A DNA stretch of 64,000 bases, from contig BDGG01000001.1 in NCBI GenBank assembly GCA_001949185.1, positions 9,058,464-9,122,463 of the forward strand. The letters are read 5' to 3'. Shown here in pieces: positions 53,001-64,000 of the stretch. How positions within the stretch are numbered: position 1 is the first letter of the stretch; each line of letters opens with the position of its first letter. Position numbers and translations under genes: made by a program. A model generated the notes under the pieces. It did no database searches, had not been told where the DNA came from, and saw only the letters and a program-made list of their open reading frames with translations. Origin of the DNA: Ramazzottius varieornatus. Its lineage: Eukaryota > Animalia > Tardigrada.

Positions 53001-56000
53001 ACGCTTTCAAGAACAAACCTAATTAATACTGTAATTCCCATCCTGCTGGTGTGAATTAATTCTTCCTGTGTGGTGTTGTAGCGATCGAGCAGAGAAGAGC
53101 TTTTACCACAGGGAGGGTGACCTTACAGCTTTGATGGTTCCACGAGCAGGTACAGGTATATGAGCGGTCACTGAACATCACAGCCGACTCTTCTTCCTCA
53201 TTATGGCAGTTTATAAAGAGGCATTTACAATCGATGCTGATGGCTTGGTCAATATTCAAATTACAAATTGTAAAGAGCAAACAAGGGCGCTCATCTTCGG
53301 CAAACACGGGCAAAAGACCTCGACCTAGACTATGTGGCCTAGCGGTGAGATCCGCCATTGAAGGTGAGCTTGTGTGAGAAGGTGCAGATAGGGCATTGAA
53401 AGGTCATTGAAGAGTACAAAGTGCCGTTGAAATGCGCATTCAGAGTGGAAGGCGAACAATAGTCCGTAAGGAAGGCTATTGTGTAGCGGACCGACAAGGA
53501 GCCGTGCGAGATGGAAATGGCGACGTCAACTCGTCAAGGTGGGCACGAAGGCAGGCAGAGACCTAACAAGGCTCAAGCTTGCTCTAATTGACGTAGTCGC
53601 GGAGCAGCAGGGACAACGAGGTGAGCCAATATTGACTCTGGACCACACTATAGTGTATGACCCGCAGCCGCTCTCTCTTTAGCCCCCAGTACGAGGACAG
53701 AAAGGGAACGGAATAGGCAAACTCATTATCTTGTGCTGAAGCACACACACTATAGGCGCTGGCTCAACATGATGAGATCGCAGATGATGTGCAAGCTCAA
53801 CATCGATCTAACCCCCCTTCGCCTCAATTAACCCCTTTCATACTCCCCCTCACACCTGCATTTTCGAACAATATCGACACTTCTCTTTTTTCTCTTTACG
53901 GTATATGATCTCAAGATCCCTGGACGAGAACCAAAAGTCTACGACAGGGCTTCAAGACCCAACTAATCGAGTGAAAGAACGTTGGACCAGCCGATCTCGC
54001 AAAAGAGGTGAGCTGACCGTTGGATATGGGCTGACGGAGAAAAGAGATATATCAGACAGAGAGGAGAAGGTGAATGCGGCGTGCAAGTCGAGAGCTTGAC
54101 GAGAGGCAAGGAGCACACCCGGGCCCGCTCCGTCCATCGCTAAAACAAACACGGCCTCAAATACGGCCAGAGCTCAAAACCACTCTAGTCTTGACGCGCT
54201 GCGGTAGGGAAAAAGCTGGATACGTAGAAGCATATGGAGACTTGTCAGGAGGAATATCCTGACGCCAGTCAGATTATGATGGATTTGCCCGATTTGAATC
54301 GGGCCCAAGCTCAGCTCGTCAGTGCTTAGCCAATGTCACCAGGCGCTTCCCAGCCGGATATCGATATTGCTGAGCTGGGCAAATGCATCAACTGTGCCAT
54401 TGCATCGGGCCCTTTGCGGAAACTTCTCAAGTTCGCTGGCTAGTTCATCGCCTGCACCGCCTTTGTTCACCTTTAATTCAAAAGGTTGCAACGAGAGCGG
54501 AACGTCAAAGTGGCAACCTGACACCTTCCCAGCCAAGCGTATTTTTTCCCACACGTTACAAATTTATATTCCCCAAGACGCTACAGCGGTCGCACCAACA
54601 TGAAACTTCTTGTTGCAGTCTTGGAACGACTGAGAATGGTGGCTCATTAAAGAAGCTCTCAAGGCAAAACATCGATGCGGAAGTGGCGTCACTGCAAAGA
54701 TCGTTGAACTTGTGCTAGATCGGAGTGGCGACCACGTTCAAAACGTCGTGTTGAAACTAAAGTCTTTGCCGGTTGTGGCAGGTGAAAGTAGGCAGGATAT
54801 GCGTGGATCAAATAGCCGCTGATGTGATTGATCTAAGTCGAGACCCTTGTGGGTCTTAAGTAACATCGAGACGGCTGAGCCGGAAAAGCCGGCTAATTTG
54901 GCACCTTCGCCTGATATTTCCAACTATTATGCTTGATCGTTTCCGGGTACGCCAGCCTTTCCTCACTCTTTAGCCACATCATTAGCAAGACCCGCGCCGA
55001 GTACCGGCGTTGTGTCACAAACGAGATGGCAAATTCACCCCGGTGGATGGTAACTTAATAAAGTGAAGATTATTTGTGCAGCTTCAAGAGGCTGCTTGAC
55101 AATTATTAAAAATGTCACTACAAGACAAACAGGCTTCATTCAAGACACAAGGTTTCAGCGTCAGGAAGGTTGTTGACAAGAATAGTGTTGAAAGCCGCAC
55201 TTCTTGTCAGTGTTGTCAAAACAGCATAATACAAAATATCTGTTGATTTACAACAGTGATGCTCGACGCTTCGGGTTTCTGGGCAAATTTACAGACCATC
55301 ATTGTCAAGCCACTCAAGCAAACGGCTATAGACTTTGCCATTGTCCAGCAAAGACAAACTCTTTATAAGCATCAGCATATATACATATCCCAACGATATA
55401 CAACTACACGTTCACTCTATCCACATTTACATGTGCCATCCTCCTGTCCAGTCCGCATCCACTGCATTACACTGTATTTAAGAATATTTGCCTGTTGAAC
55501 AAATTTGCCTAACCACAACATTCTTTTTGTTGCGCTAACATGTTGCGCAAAAGAGGTATCTTCTTGTTGATTGCTTGAGGTCGACGAGTGGCGCTCAGCT
55601 GGATACACTGCATGCTGGGCCCTGAGTCTTGAAGTGTCAGTCCCGTTCGATGGAAAACGGTTTTTAGCCGTCGGCGGATTTGGACAGAAAGAAGGATGAC
55701 GGAGTAAATCGAATACATTATATTACGAAGGAATTTCGGAGAAGGAAGTAGCGGAAGGGTGGGGAGGCCATCAGTCAAAGTCACGTAACCTTGAGTACAC
55801 ACTGTGGATCGCCGGCCCGGCCGGACGACGATGTGCTGGTCGGCGCTAGTAGAGCAGAAATATACGGCTGGCCATCGTCGGCAGGTATCGACTGAGAAAT
55901 GTCGCGCAAATATTTGCTCAATGATCGGCCCGTCGCTCGCATATTTCTTCATACCTTCCTTCTTGCATCGACGAGGCAGGCAGCCAGTTTTGTGTACCGA

Positions 56001-59000
56001 CCTACCATCGGCAAAAAGAGCCAAATTCCAAATGACGAAACATTCCGTCGATCAGCGTCCATCATGCGAAACTGTCGACTCGACGGCAACATTTGACTTT
56101 GCCTGCCTGAGCGGGACTGTGGACATTTCCGCTCACCTGGCTCAAGACCTATCATAAAGTCACACAGCGGCTCTCACGCCACCCCGCTTGTGACTCGCGG
56201 CCTTTATCATAGTCTTATCAACCCATCGTTCCCGTTTGTGTGCATACGTAATCTCAAAAGGCCAGCCAGCGTCAGAACTAATAAAACGACAATTCTTCCA
56301 TCCATCACTAAATATACAGAGCTTTGCAATTTTTCCCTCGATATACAAAAGCATGGAAACATGCCTTAGAACTTCCCCTCGAAAATTCTTGTATGGCGAA
56401 GCAACTCAGGCAGAGAAGAGGCATTTCGGTGGCGACCCATTCTACGGTCCCCACATCAGACGTAGCATATACCTTGAGCAGACGGTCGTTCGCTTGAAGC
56501 CGAACTCAGCGCACGACGGCATCTCGACGATACCAATGAGGGTTTGTCTGTAACTTGAATGACATGAACCTAGCTGTCTAGTGGATGTTGAGAAGAGACG
56601 GAGGGCCGCCACTTCACTCTCTATTGTGGAGCCCAACAAACTTGAGATAGAATTTCGTCTAACATGCGCAAAATGCTGAACAAAGTCTCGGCTGTTTTTA
56701 ATCTACTGCAAGACAGATACCAGCTAATGTTCCAAGTAGCCAAATCAACCGCTCAAGCTGCTGTCCGACAAGTCGGCAACAATCAAGAGGCTGACGATAC
56801 CTTTGTGGGCAATTTACCTAGCGTTCAGGTAAAAAATTATTTTCATGGCGCACAGATGGAAAAAGCCGTCCTGCTCCAATGGTAAGACCACATTACCCCA
56901 CGATACATGCGTGAACTGGTGCTGATTGATTGTTGTGGACACCTCTTGTTAGCCTTTTGGCCGCTTTGTTAGCAGCAATCGGACAATGTTAGAAGTGTAG
57001 TGTGCCATCAAGAAGGGCAACCAGTACAAAGCTGCACGTGTGAGGATGATGATGAAAAGGCCACAAGTAAAAAGGAGGTGGTTGTAAGCAGAGCGGAAGA
57101 AAGGCTCTTTATTCCGTTCCAGCTGACATGTTTGTCGCCTAATCCACATCGCACATAAAAACCAGAAAGTTGCCTCCACAACCACAGAACCTTTTTGCTG
57201 CGGCTACAGTAATACCAGCCTTTGTCCCGCCAAACCAGAACGGGATTATGCTCAGGATTCAGCCAGACAGAGAACAATGGCGCTGAGTGCGACTTGTTCC
57301 CATCTGTCCGGCCCTCCTTCAAATGCACCTTCTAAGCCATATCGTTTCAACGAAAGCCTCATCCTTACTTCCGCGCCCAAAGCGGCCCCAACCTGAACAT
57401 TTGAAGAACCGTTTAGTTCACTGAAATGAACTTGACGATATCGACAAGGAAATTATTTTGTAAAGAGTACTGAGACACACCCAAAGTAAAAGTCCGAACG
57501 CAGAGCAAGAGCCGTCCTACGTACGGTTAAACAATAAGGCAATTAGGAAGAGGCGATATGGAGCAACTTGACGATGTTTAGGGTGCATGGGGAGGAAGCT
57601 ACCGTTTTGATGGGCTAATTAGCGCTTATCACAGCTGGACATATTGTCCTGCAAATAGGCCTCCATTGACGATCGCTCCATGATTAGCCCTACAAGCCTT
57701 CTCCATTCTCTTGCTTGGGACGATCCATATCGCACTTCGATCATCAATGGCTTAATTTCCATTGATCGATCTCGCCGACGATCAAACCAGGACACAAAAC
57801 ATACGCCATTATTAATGACTCAATCAACTTACCAACCATGCCCCGATAACTCGGGAACCTCCTGGTTTCTAAAGTTTGGAACGATTCTAGACACTGCGAT
57901 TTTCTTTGCAGATGGTACCGATATTGTTTTAGTCAGCGCAGAAATTATATTATACGGAGAATCTACGGACACAAAAAAGAGTGGGAAATTTGTCTGAATG
58001 CATTGTGCATGAGCACGATGGCGGTCGAGTGAAAATGCAGCCTTGCCAAGGGTAGCCATGCAGCAATGGCCGAGCTGACGGGCTGTTCGTTTTGCATTTC
58101 CCGCTGAATGTGCACTATAGCGAGCTGAGCTGTAACACGATCAGCTTGTGCAAATATTGAGGGCTAATCGAATTCGTTCTTCATCGTTTCCATCCTCCAC
58201 AATTTTCCGGCAATCCTGACCAGACTAATGGACTAGACTAGCGAAGGGAGCCAGCAAGTATCCCCAGCCGGCAGGCACGGCTCCTCAATTTCCAGCCCGA
58301 ACTGGCAAGCTACATGATTGCCCACTGCCTAGAATGTAATTACTTTCCATCCTTCCTTCCCTCCCTCCCAAAATATAATCTGCCCTGCCTTCACATCGGA
58401 CGTCAGCCTCATATCCGGTTGTAAAGGTCCAGCATATCAAACGTTGTTGGAGAGATTGCTTGCCATGGGCCATGCCTGCCGGACTTTCTTCCCTTCACAA
58501 ACTAATTATGCCTGCCCAAACAACTCAATTACATTTCCCCGCTTTATCAATAACCTAACACAGTGCAGGCTAAGCTGTGCGCTGTGCTTGAAGCATGATT
58601 CGCATTTTTGTCAACTGCCACCTTATTTATCCCAATGCTGTCTAATCTAGTGCTAAAATGGACTGGCTAGATCCGAAAACAACCCAAACGTTAACAACAG
58701 CCACGGAAAAAAAAAGCCGCAGCCTGTAAAGAAATCGGTAGCTTTTGCCATAGACAAGTCCTGGGCAGGTATAAGGTATACACATAAATATCTAACGAGG
58801 TGGTCCTAGTGTGATGTGTGCAGAGTCAATACGGTAAGTGTGATGGCGGTTATTAATGGAAGTCTCACAGCCTTGATTCTCCAATAAAGTGGTGACCTTT
58901 GCTGCCCTGTTCAGCGGTGGTTGACATTGAGGAAAGGCAGTTTTGCGGCCTCCAAGAAAGCCAAGATAGATACGGTCTCATCTGTTATTTAGCGGTTGTT

Positions 59001-62000
59001 ATTATCATCATAGGGGGACGGATATGGCGCGACACAGCAAGTGGTGCAGCATGCAAAACATGTCTTTGAAGACCACTTGCCATGCAGTTGACGACCCTCT
59101 ACCTGAGCATGACCCGGCTCCCCTTCCTGACCTCTTTTCTTTGTGGTGGTTCCGTGGTCGAACATTGGCGCTGCCTAATTAAGGTCTTTCTTCCATGCAT
59201 AACCAATGCTGCTGTTGAGTTGCGTTAGTCACGACCGTCCTCTCCACCGGAAATGCAAACGATCAACGCTTCATTGACGGCCTGTTTGCTAAGCCTATAC
59301 ACTCTTGTATAAATTTCCTTCCTTCCTTCCTAAGAGCCGGCGCACGGCTTCAAACAGGACCACTAACGCTCACTCTGCCAGCTAAGGTTCTTTTGCTCCT
59401 TGGGCCTTCTGAAGAACTCTTGCACCCCGTGCAGCTAACTTTCAGCAATATTTTTCAAAAGGAAGAGAACTGCCGCTAAAATAAGAGCATTTATCTTGCC
59501 GGTCACTCTAGAAGCTCCAGAATGTCGGATAAACATGCCCATATATCAACCGACAGTCCGGACTTTTGTTCGTGCCCACGTTTGACCTAATAGGGACATG
59601 CAGAAAAAGACAAGCACTTCAGAACTTGTAGTCGTAAATTCTAGCCGTAATCCGACATGCGATATCAAGCTGTCTCAAACATCGACATACCATCAACTCG
59701 TCGGGTTCCTCTTATCACATTCACACGGAAACTGCCAGCCGTAATTTTCACTTTCCCAGTACAAACTGATTGGTTATGTCCATGTAAAAATGGAGTTGCT
59801 TTCGCTTTCGAAAAAATCTATTGTGATTTTAGAGCGTCGGTGCGGTTCAATATAACGAGTTCATTACACGTTTGCCCTTTTTATTACCGATGATTAAAGG
59901 GCGTAAAGGGGTAAATATAAATGGGCATACAACACTTGGCTGGCTGCAAATTATATAGACAGATACTCAGACATAGTGTTTGGAACACATCTCCTGCAAA
60001 TATTGCTCCTCGAGCTCTACATACGACCAATACACTGACTTTCATTTATCGCTGAAGCTTAACTAAATACCTACACAGTATTCGGGCGAGCAAATATCTC
60101 ATCCGACGCGGCCGCCAGCTTCCAGGAATCTTACTTCGATCTGAATTACAAGGGAAGCTTTTACGGGGCGGATAGTTTTTGGTAGGTCATTTATTGGCAT
60201 TAATTAAAGAGAGCAACTTTGCTGCGGTTAGCCTGCTGGAATGGAAGAGCTGCGTGAATATGATGGCAGTCAATTGAACTTGCTTTGAATAAACATATCT
60301 TCAGCTAATGTTTGATGAGAAAACAAACGCGCGTATGGTCAGCATGGAAGACAAGATAGCTCACCATTGTCCCCCACACAAGAGCCGGTCAACATGCCTT
60401 GCTGATGTTGCTATACCACATTGTCCACAACGTCTGGTTGGGACAACACAACGCCCTTGGACCTCCTACCTGCCCAAGTCAACGTTTTGGTCGTTTGAAT
60501 CCTCAACGTTAGACAGTTCTTCGATTCCTGACCTAGAATGATGCTGACATCGTATCACCCAACACTCGGCGAACCTGGGAGACTAATCAAAAACAGTTTC
60601 CCGGTAGAGCGACGGTCGGCCACTATTTTTGCGTGCACTCGACACCTTAAAGTATTCTGGTTCAAAAAGTAAATGTGCTTCAATGATAGTCGTCGTTAGA
60701 ATATCCACCTTTAGCTGGCCTTCAAGCAAGAAAATCTTCCGGAAAACCGGTTTCGTGCCATTCGAGTTATTGAGTACTACTTCTTCATTGGAGCCGAGCG
60801 TAATGCTGCGATCTATTTCAACTCGTGTATTGTACTGCAAAATTCTTCCATCTACTTTTCCTGTGAGCGATCACTGCCACTGCATTTGCTTTACCGTAAT
60901 AACGCTTCAATAAGCATCAAGAAGTCTGGGTTGGCCGGTTTGGGGATGACGAAGTTGACAAAGGGACCAGTAAAATACGAGTGAACAAACAGGACGTAAT
61001 TATGAAGAGCATTGTGCGAACGTTGCCGGCAACGTGGACTTTGGGGTTTACTTTACAATCGATATGGCGATAACAAGTCCTAACAAGCAAGCAGGAGGTT
61101 CACTTTTATAGCAGCAACCTTTCACAGGTGCACCATTTCATCGCTGGACAATAAAGCTCTCAAAATCCATGCAAGGCCTCTACTCCTTCTCATACACTGC
61201 ATCCTTCAAGAATGGTTTAATTGGAGTCCGTAAACCGACACTGTCTGTAACCTGAACAAGGAATCGAATCAAGGATCGCCTTTCCGGCTCATTTGTTCTG
61301 GGTTTTTTTTCGGTGGAGTCCCAAGGATAATTTTCACGAAAACCTTCGGTTAGCTACAAGCTTACTTCCTGCTTGCAAAATAAACGAATCTTTAATCTTA
61401 ACGAATAAACGAAGCTCAAAAGAAAAGCCCGGAAAATTTATACCCAGCGCAAAATCAACCCTTAGTCGACGTCGAGAAGAAGATAAAGACTTCAGTACAT
61501 TAAAAGGTGAAAGCTGTCTGAGCGGCTGGTCTTTCCTTTGATGGATTACCGGCAAGTAACTTTGAGAGTCAAGTCAGCGGTTATGCCTTCTTTCATACCT
61601 TTCCGACTTGGTCATGCTTGAATATGCGCTCCACACCATTAACGCTAGCTGAAAATGATTCATCCATTGCAAGGTATGGCAGGAAACCCAGTCGACTTCA
61701 TGAATTCAGCTATAGTCCGGCCCGTCATACCAAAGATACCTTGTGCGGTTTGATTCTACGGTACAGCGGATTTCTTTGACATATTTTGCTTCAGTTACGG
61801 AAACGCAAAGGCCTGCCATCCTCAGCACTTCCCATCGACTTTCAAGGTTCCACTCACTCTTGCACTCCTCATTGCTCATTAGATTCGTCCATCCCCTTCT
61901 AGCCACCTGTGAGGTCCTGCGAGGAACCATCATGAAGAAAATGAAAACTTGACCCCTTATTTTGTCACAAAGCTCGCTAAGGCCCGAACGGAAGTGAACC

Positions 62001-63320
62001 CAGAATCTTCATTTACATGTATCGAACTGACGCCGTGATATTAGGTCTTTAAGCCTAGCACAATTTCTCGAAAGAATAACTAGAAACCTCAATGGACCAT
62101 GGTAAATTACTCTGCCAAAGTTGCGCTGCAAGAGCCATGGTCGTGACTGAACGGCTGGTGATTGCTGGCAGTCTATCAATCCATCCAACCATGTAATATG
62201 GCCAACTTCTAATCCCTCCACGCTTTAGACCACAATATCCGACAAAAGACATGCGATGGAGTCTGCAGGCCATGACAGGCCCAACCAGCAGCAATTGAAT
62301 CAACGTGTGCTCAGAGCCAGCAGGCCGGTTATTAAATTGAGGATGCTTCTTGATTGCCGCCTTCAGCGCTCACTAAAACGTTTCGATGAAATTTCCTCAA
62401 TGAAACCAGTTTCCCTGCTACAAAAATTCTCGACGTCACGGACCGAGGGTCTATAATATGGTACTCAGCGTAGCAGAGAACCTACGCAGGGGAAGGCTGG
62501 CAAGAGCTGTCATGATCAGATGGAAGAACCAGTTGGTACGATTGATGATGAGGGAGCTAAAAAGGCAAAACTCGATCGCTTCTCAACTCACTTCCGGTTG
62601 TCATCTCCTCGTCAACTTGATAAGTCTTACGCATGATGGATCGTCTTTTAAGTTTGGCGTCACAGCCTACCTATATTTTGTGCGCGACACAACTGGTGGT
62701 ATAATACATCGACGGACATGCACGGCGCACCGTTAGTTTCCTGACCCGAGTTCCTTGTCAAAACCAGAAATACATGCATCACACTACGTAAAGCCTTCTT
62801 AGCATAATTATTGCGCCAGATGAATCTCCTTTCGTTTCTTACTCAACATTGAAATTAAAAGATGCACTGCGTATCGTTCGATTGGGCACTACACGCGCAA
62901 GCACCGCATAACCGGGGCTTGGGCCGACTCGCGTCCATAATTAACGTTCAATATCGGTCATGATGATTTCCCAAGTTTTTACTGTTCAGGGTAACAACTT
63001 CAGGGTAAAGCAAAAAAGAGAGAGAGCAACAACTGAAAATAGCTTCTTACAACATAAAACTACAGAAACGACATGTCACGGCGACTAAACGAAAATACGG
63101 CATGTTGAAAACAACAAAAACGAAGGATATGACCTTTTGAGATTATTATTACTTGTCAAATTTTGTAAAGAATTTGGTATAAAAAAAAGAAGGGAGGTTG
63201 TCTGTCTATGTATGTAGGAACTTGCTTGTTAGGACTATCTGTCTGTCTGTCGAAGGAGAGCGCTCAATCAGTCATGCGGGTTGATATCTGTGGCGGGCAG
63301 AAGAGACAGAGGCTCCTTCC

Positions 63321-64000
63321 TCACAGTCCGGAAGTGCCGTAGCCGTAGTAGGCTGCCGGATCGGTGGCGTTGTTGTGGCCAAAGGCTTGTGCGGGATTAG
63401 CGCCCTGCGAGGACAGCGAGCTGAGAGCGGCATAGGTGTCATAGGGGGAATAGGCCGAGGCCGAGGAGGCCACCCCGACACCGGCCGTATTCTTGTAGTG
63501 CTCATTCATGATGCCCGGCAGGCGGTTCTCGCTGTAGGTGTGGTTAATCAAATTGGCGATGGTGAACTGATTGTGGATGGACAGGTCGGAAGCCGAAGGC
63601 GGCTTCAACCAGGGCCCCGTACTGAAGAAGGAGGCCGGATGGCCGGTGCCAAAGACGCCTTGGGAAGGGTAATGGTTCTGTAATGTCATGGAGGACTGCT
63701 GTTGTTGTTGCTGCTGCTGCTGTTGCTGCGACTGTTGGGCCGCAGCGGCCTGCTGCATGGACTGTTGCATGGATGGATGGTGGGGAGAGGCCTTGTGACC
63801 TTCCAGCGAGCTACTACTGTACATGGAGGTGACGGGCATGTGCAGCGGGGAAGTCTGGTTGGAAGGCAGTGTGGGGGAAGTGCAGGTGGTGGAGGCCGAC
63901 GAGACGGGCACGGTGCCGGCTGTGGCGGCTGGAGGAGCGTTGACGGCGGATGCCGCATCTTCCGAAGGTTCAGACTTGATGGGGGCATCTTCACTGTTGC
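63321..64000 (-). CDS. 3' end of a probable FoxA/fork head transcription factor (partial; runs off the window)
   Basis: Frame is open to the window edge. PolyQ/His/Ser-rich region, eh1-like HNQFTIANLI (cf. FoxA HPFSINNLM) and terminal DPAAYYG (cf. FoxA D-x-x-YYQG). The forkhead domain is not in the window. Confidence 0.6.
   Translation of the reverse strand, partial: NSEDAPIKSEPSEDAASAVNAPPAATAGTVPVSSASTTCTSPTLPSNQTSPLHMPVTSMYSSSSLEGHKASPHHPSMQQSMQQAAAAQQSQQQQQQQQQQQSSMTLQNHYPSQGVFGTGHPASFFSTGPWLKPPSASDLSIHNQFTIANLINHTYSENRLPGIMNEHYKNTAGVGVASSASAYSPYDTYAALSSLSSQGANPAQAFGHNNATDPAAYYGYGTSGL

Noticed and set aside
56440-57460. Possible decayed coding or transposon remnant
   Set aside because: Only short interrupted frames, with no catalytic motif, TIR or TSD recognised.
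57833-60840. Isolated exon-like minus-strand segments (57833-57993, 60583-60840)
   Set aside because: Splice-like ends are present, but they could not be joined into a coherent gene or family.

Overview
Compact, intron-rich animal genomic DNA. A CAHS-family gene indicates a eutardigrade; Ramazzottius-like is an inference, not verified. Bases 1-47 kb are gene-dense: SLC9/NHE, CAHS, PP1 inhibitor-2, Abi, DNA primase small subunit, an SLC6 transporter, a receptor guanylyl cyclase with a degenerate catalytic site, a secreted protein of five cadherin-like modules, a DNAJB6-like co-chaperone, two low-complexity secreted proteins, RUNDC1, a C-type lectin receptor, a Cys-rich peptide precursor and an Ig-FN3-TM protein. 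There is also a decayed Tc4/Tc5-like DNA transposon (40199-42636) and a hAT-like MITE (43158-43623). Bases 47.2-63.3 kb appear non-coding and lie 3' of a probable FoxA/fork head gene. The most unusual signal is a dispersed intronic dyad, CAAGTGGCGCAC-N25-GTGCGCCACTTG. I count 11 units in 7 introns of 4 genes. Spacer length is almost invariant while spacer sequence has diverged, and some units form arrays with a 72-78 bp period. All exon boundaries were called by eye from GT/GC-AG sites and reading frame, and no database search was possible.
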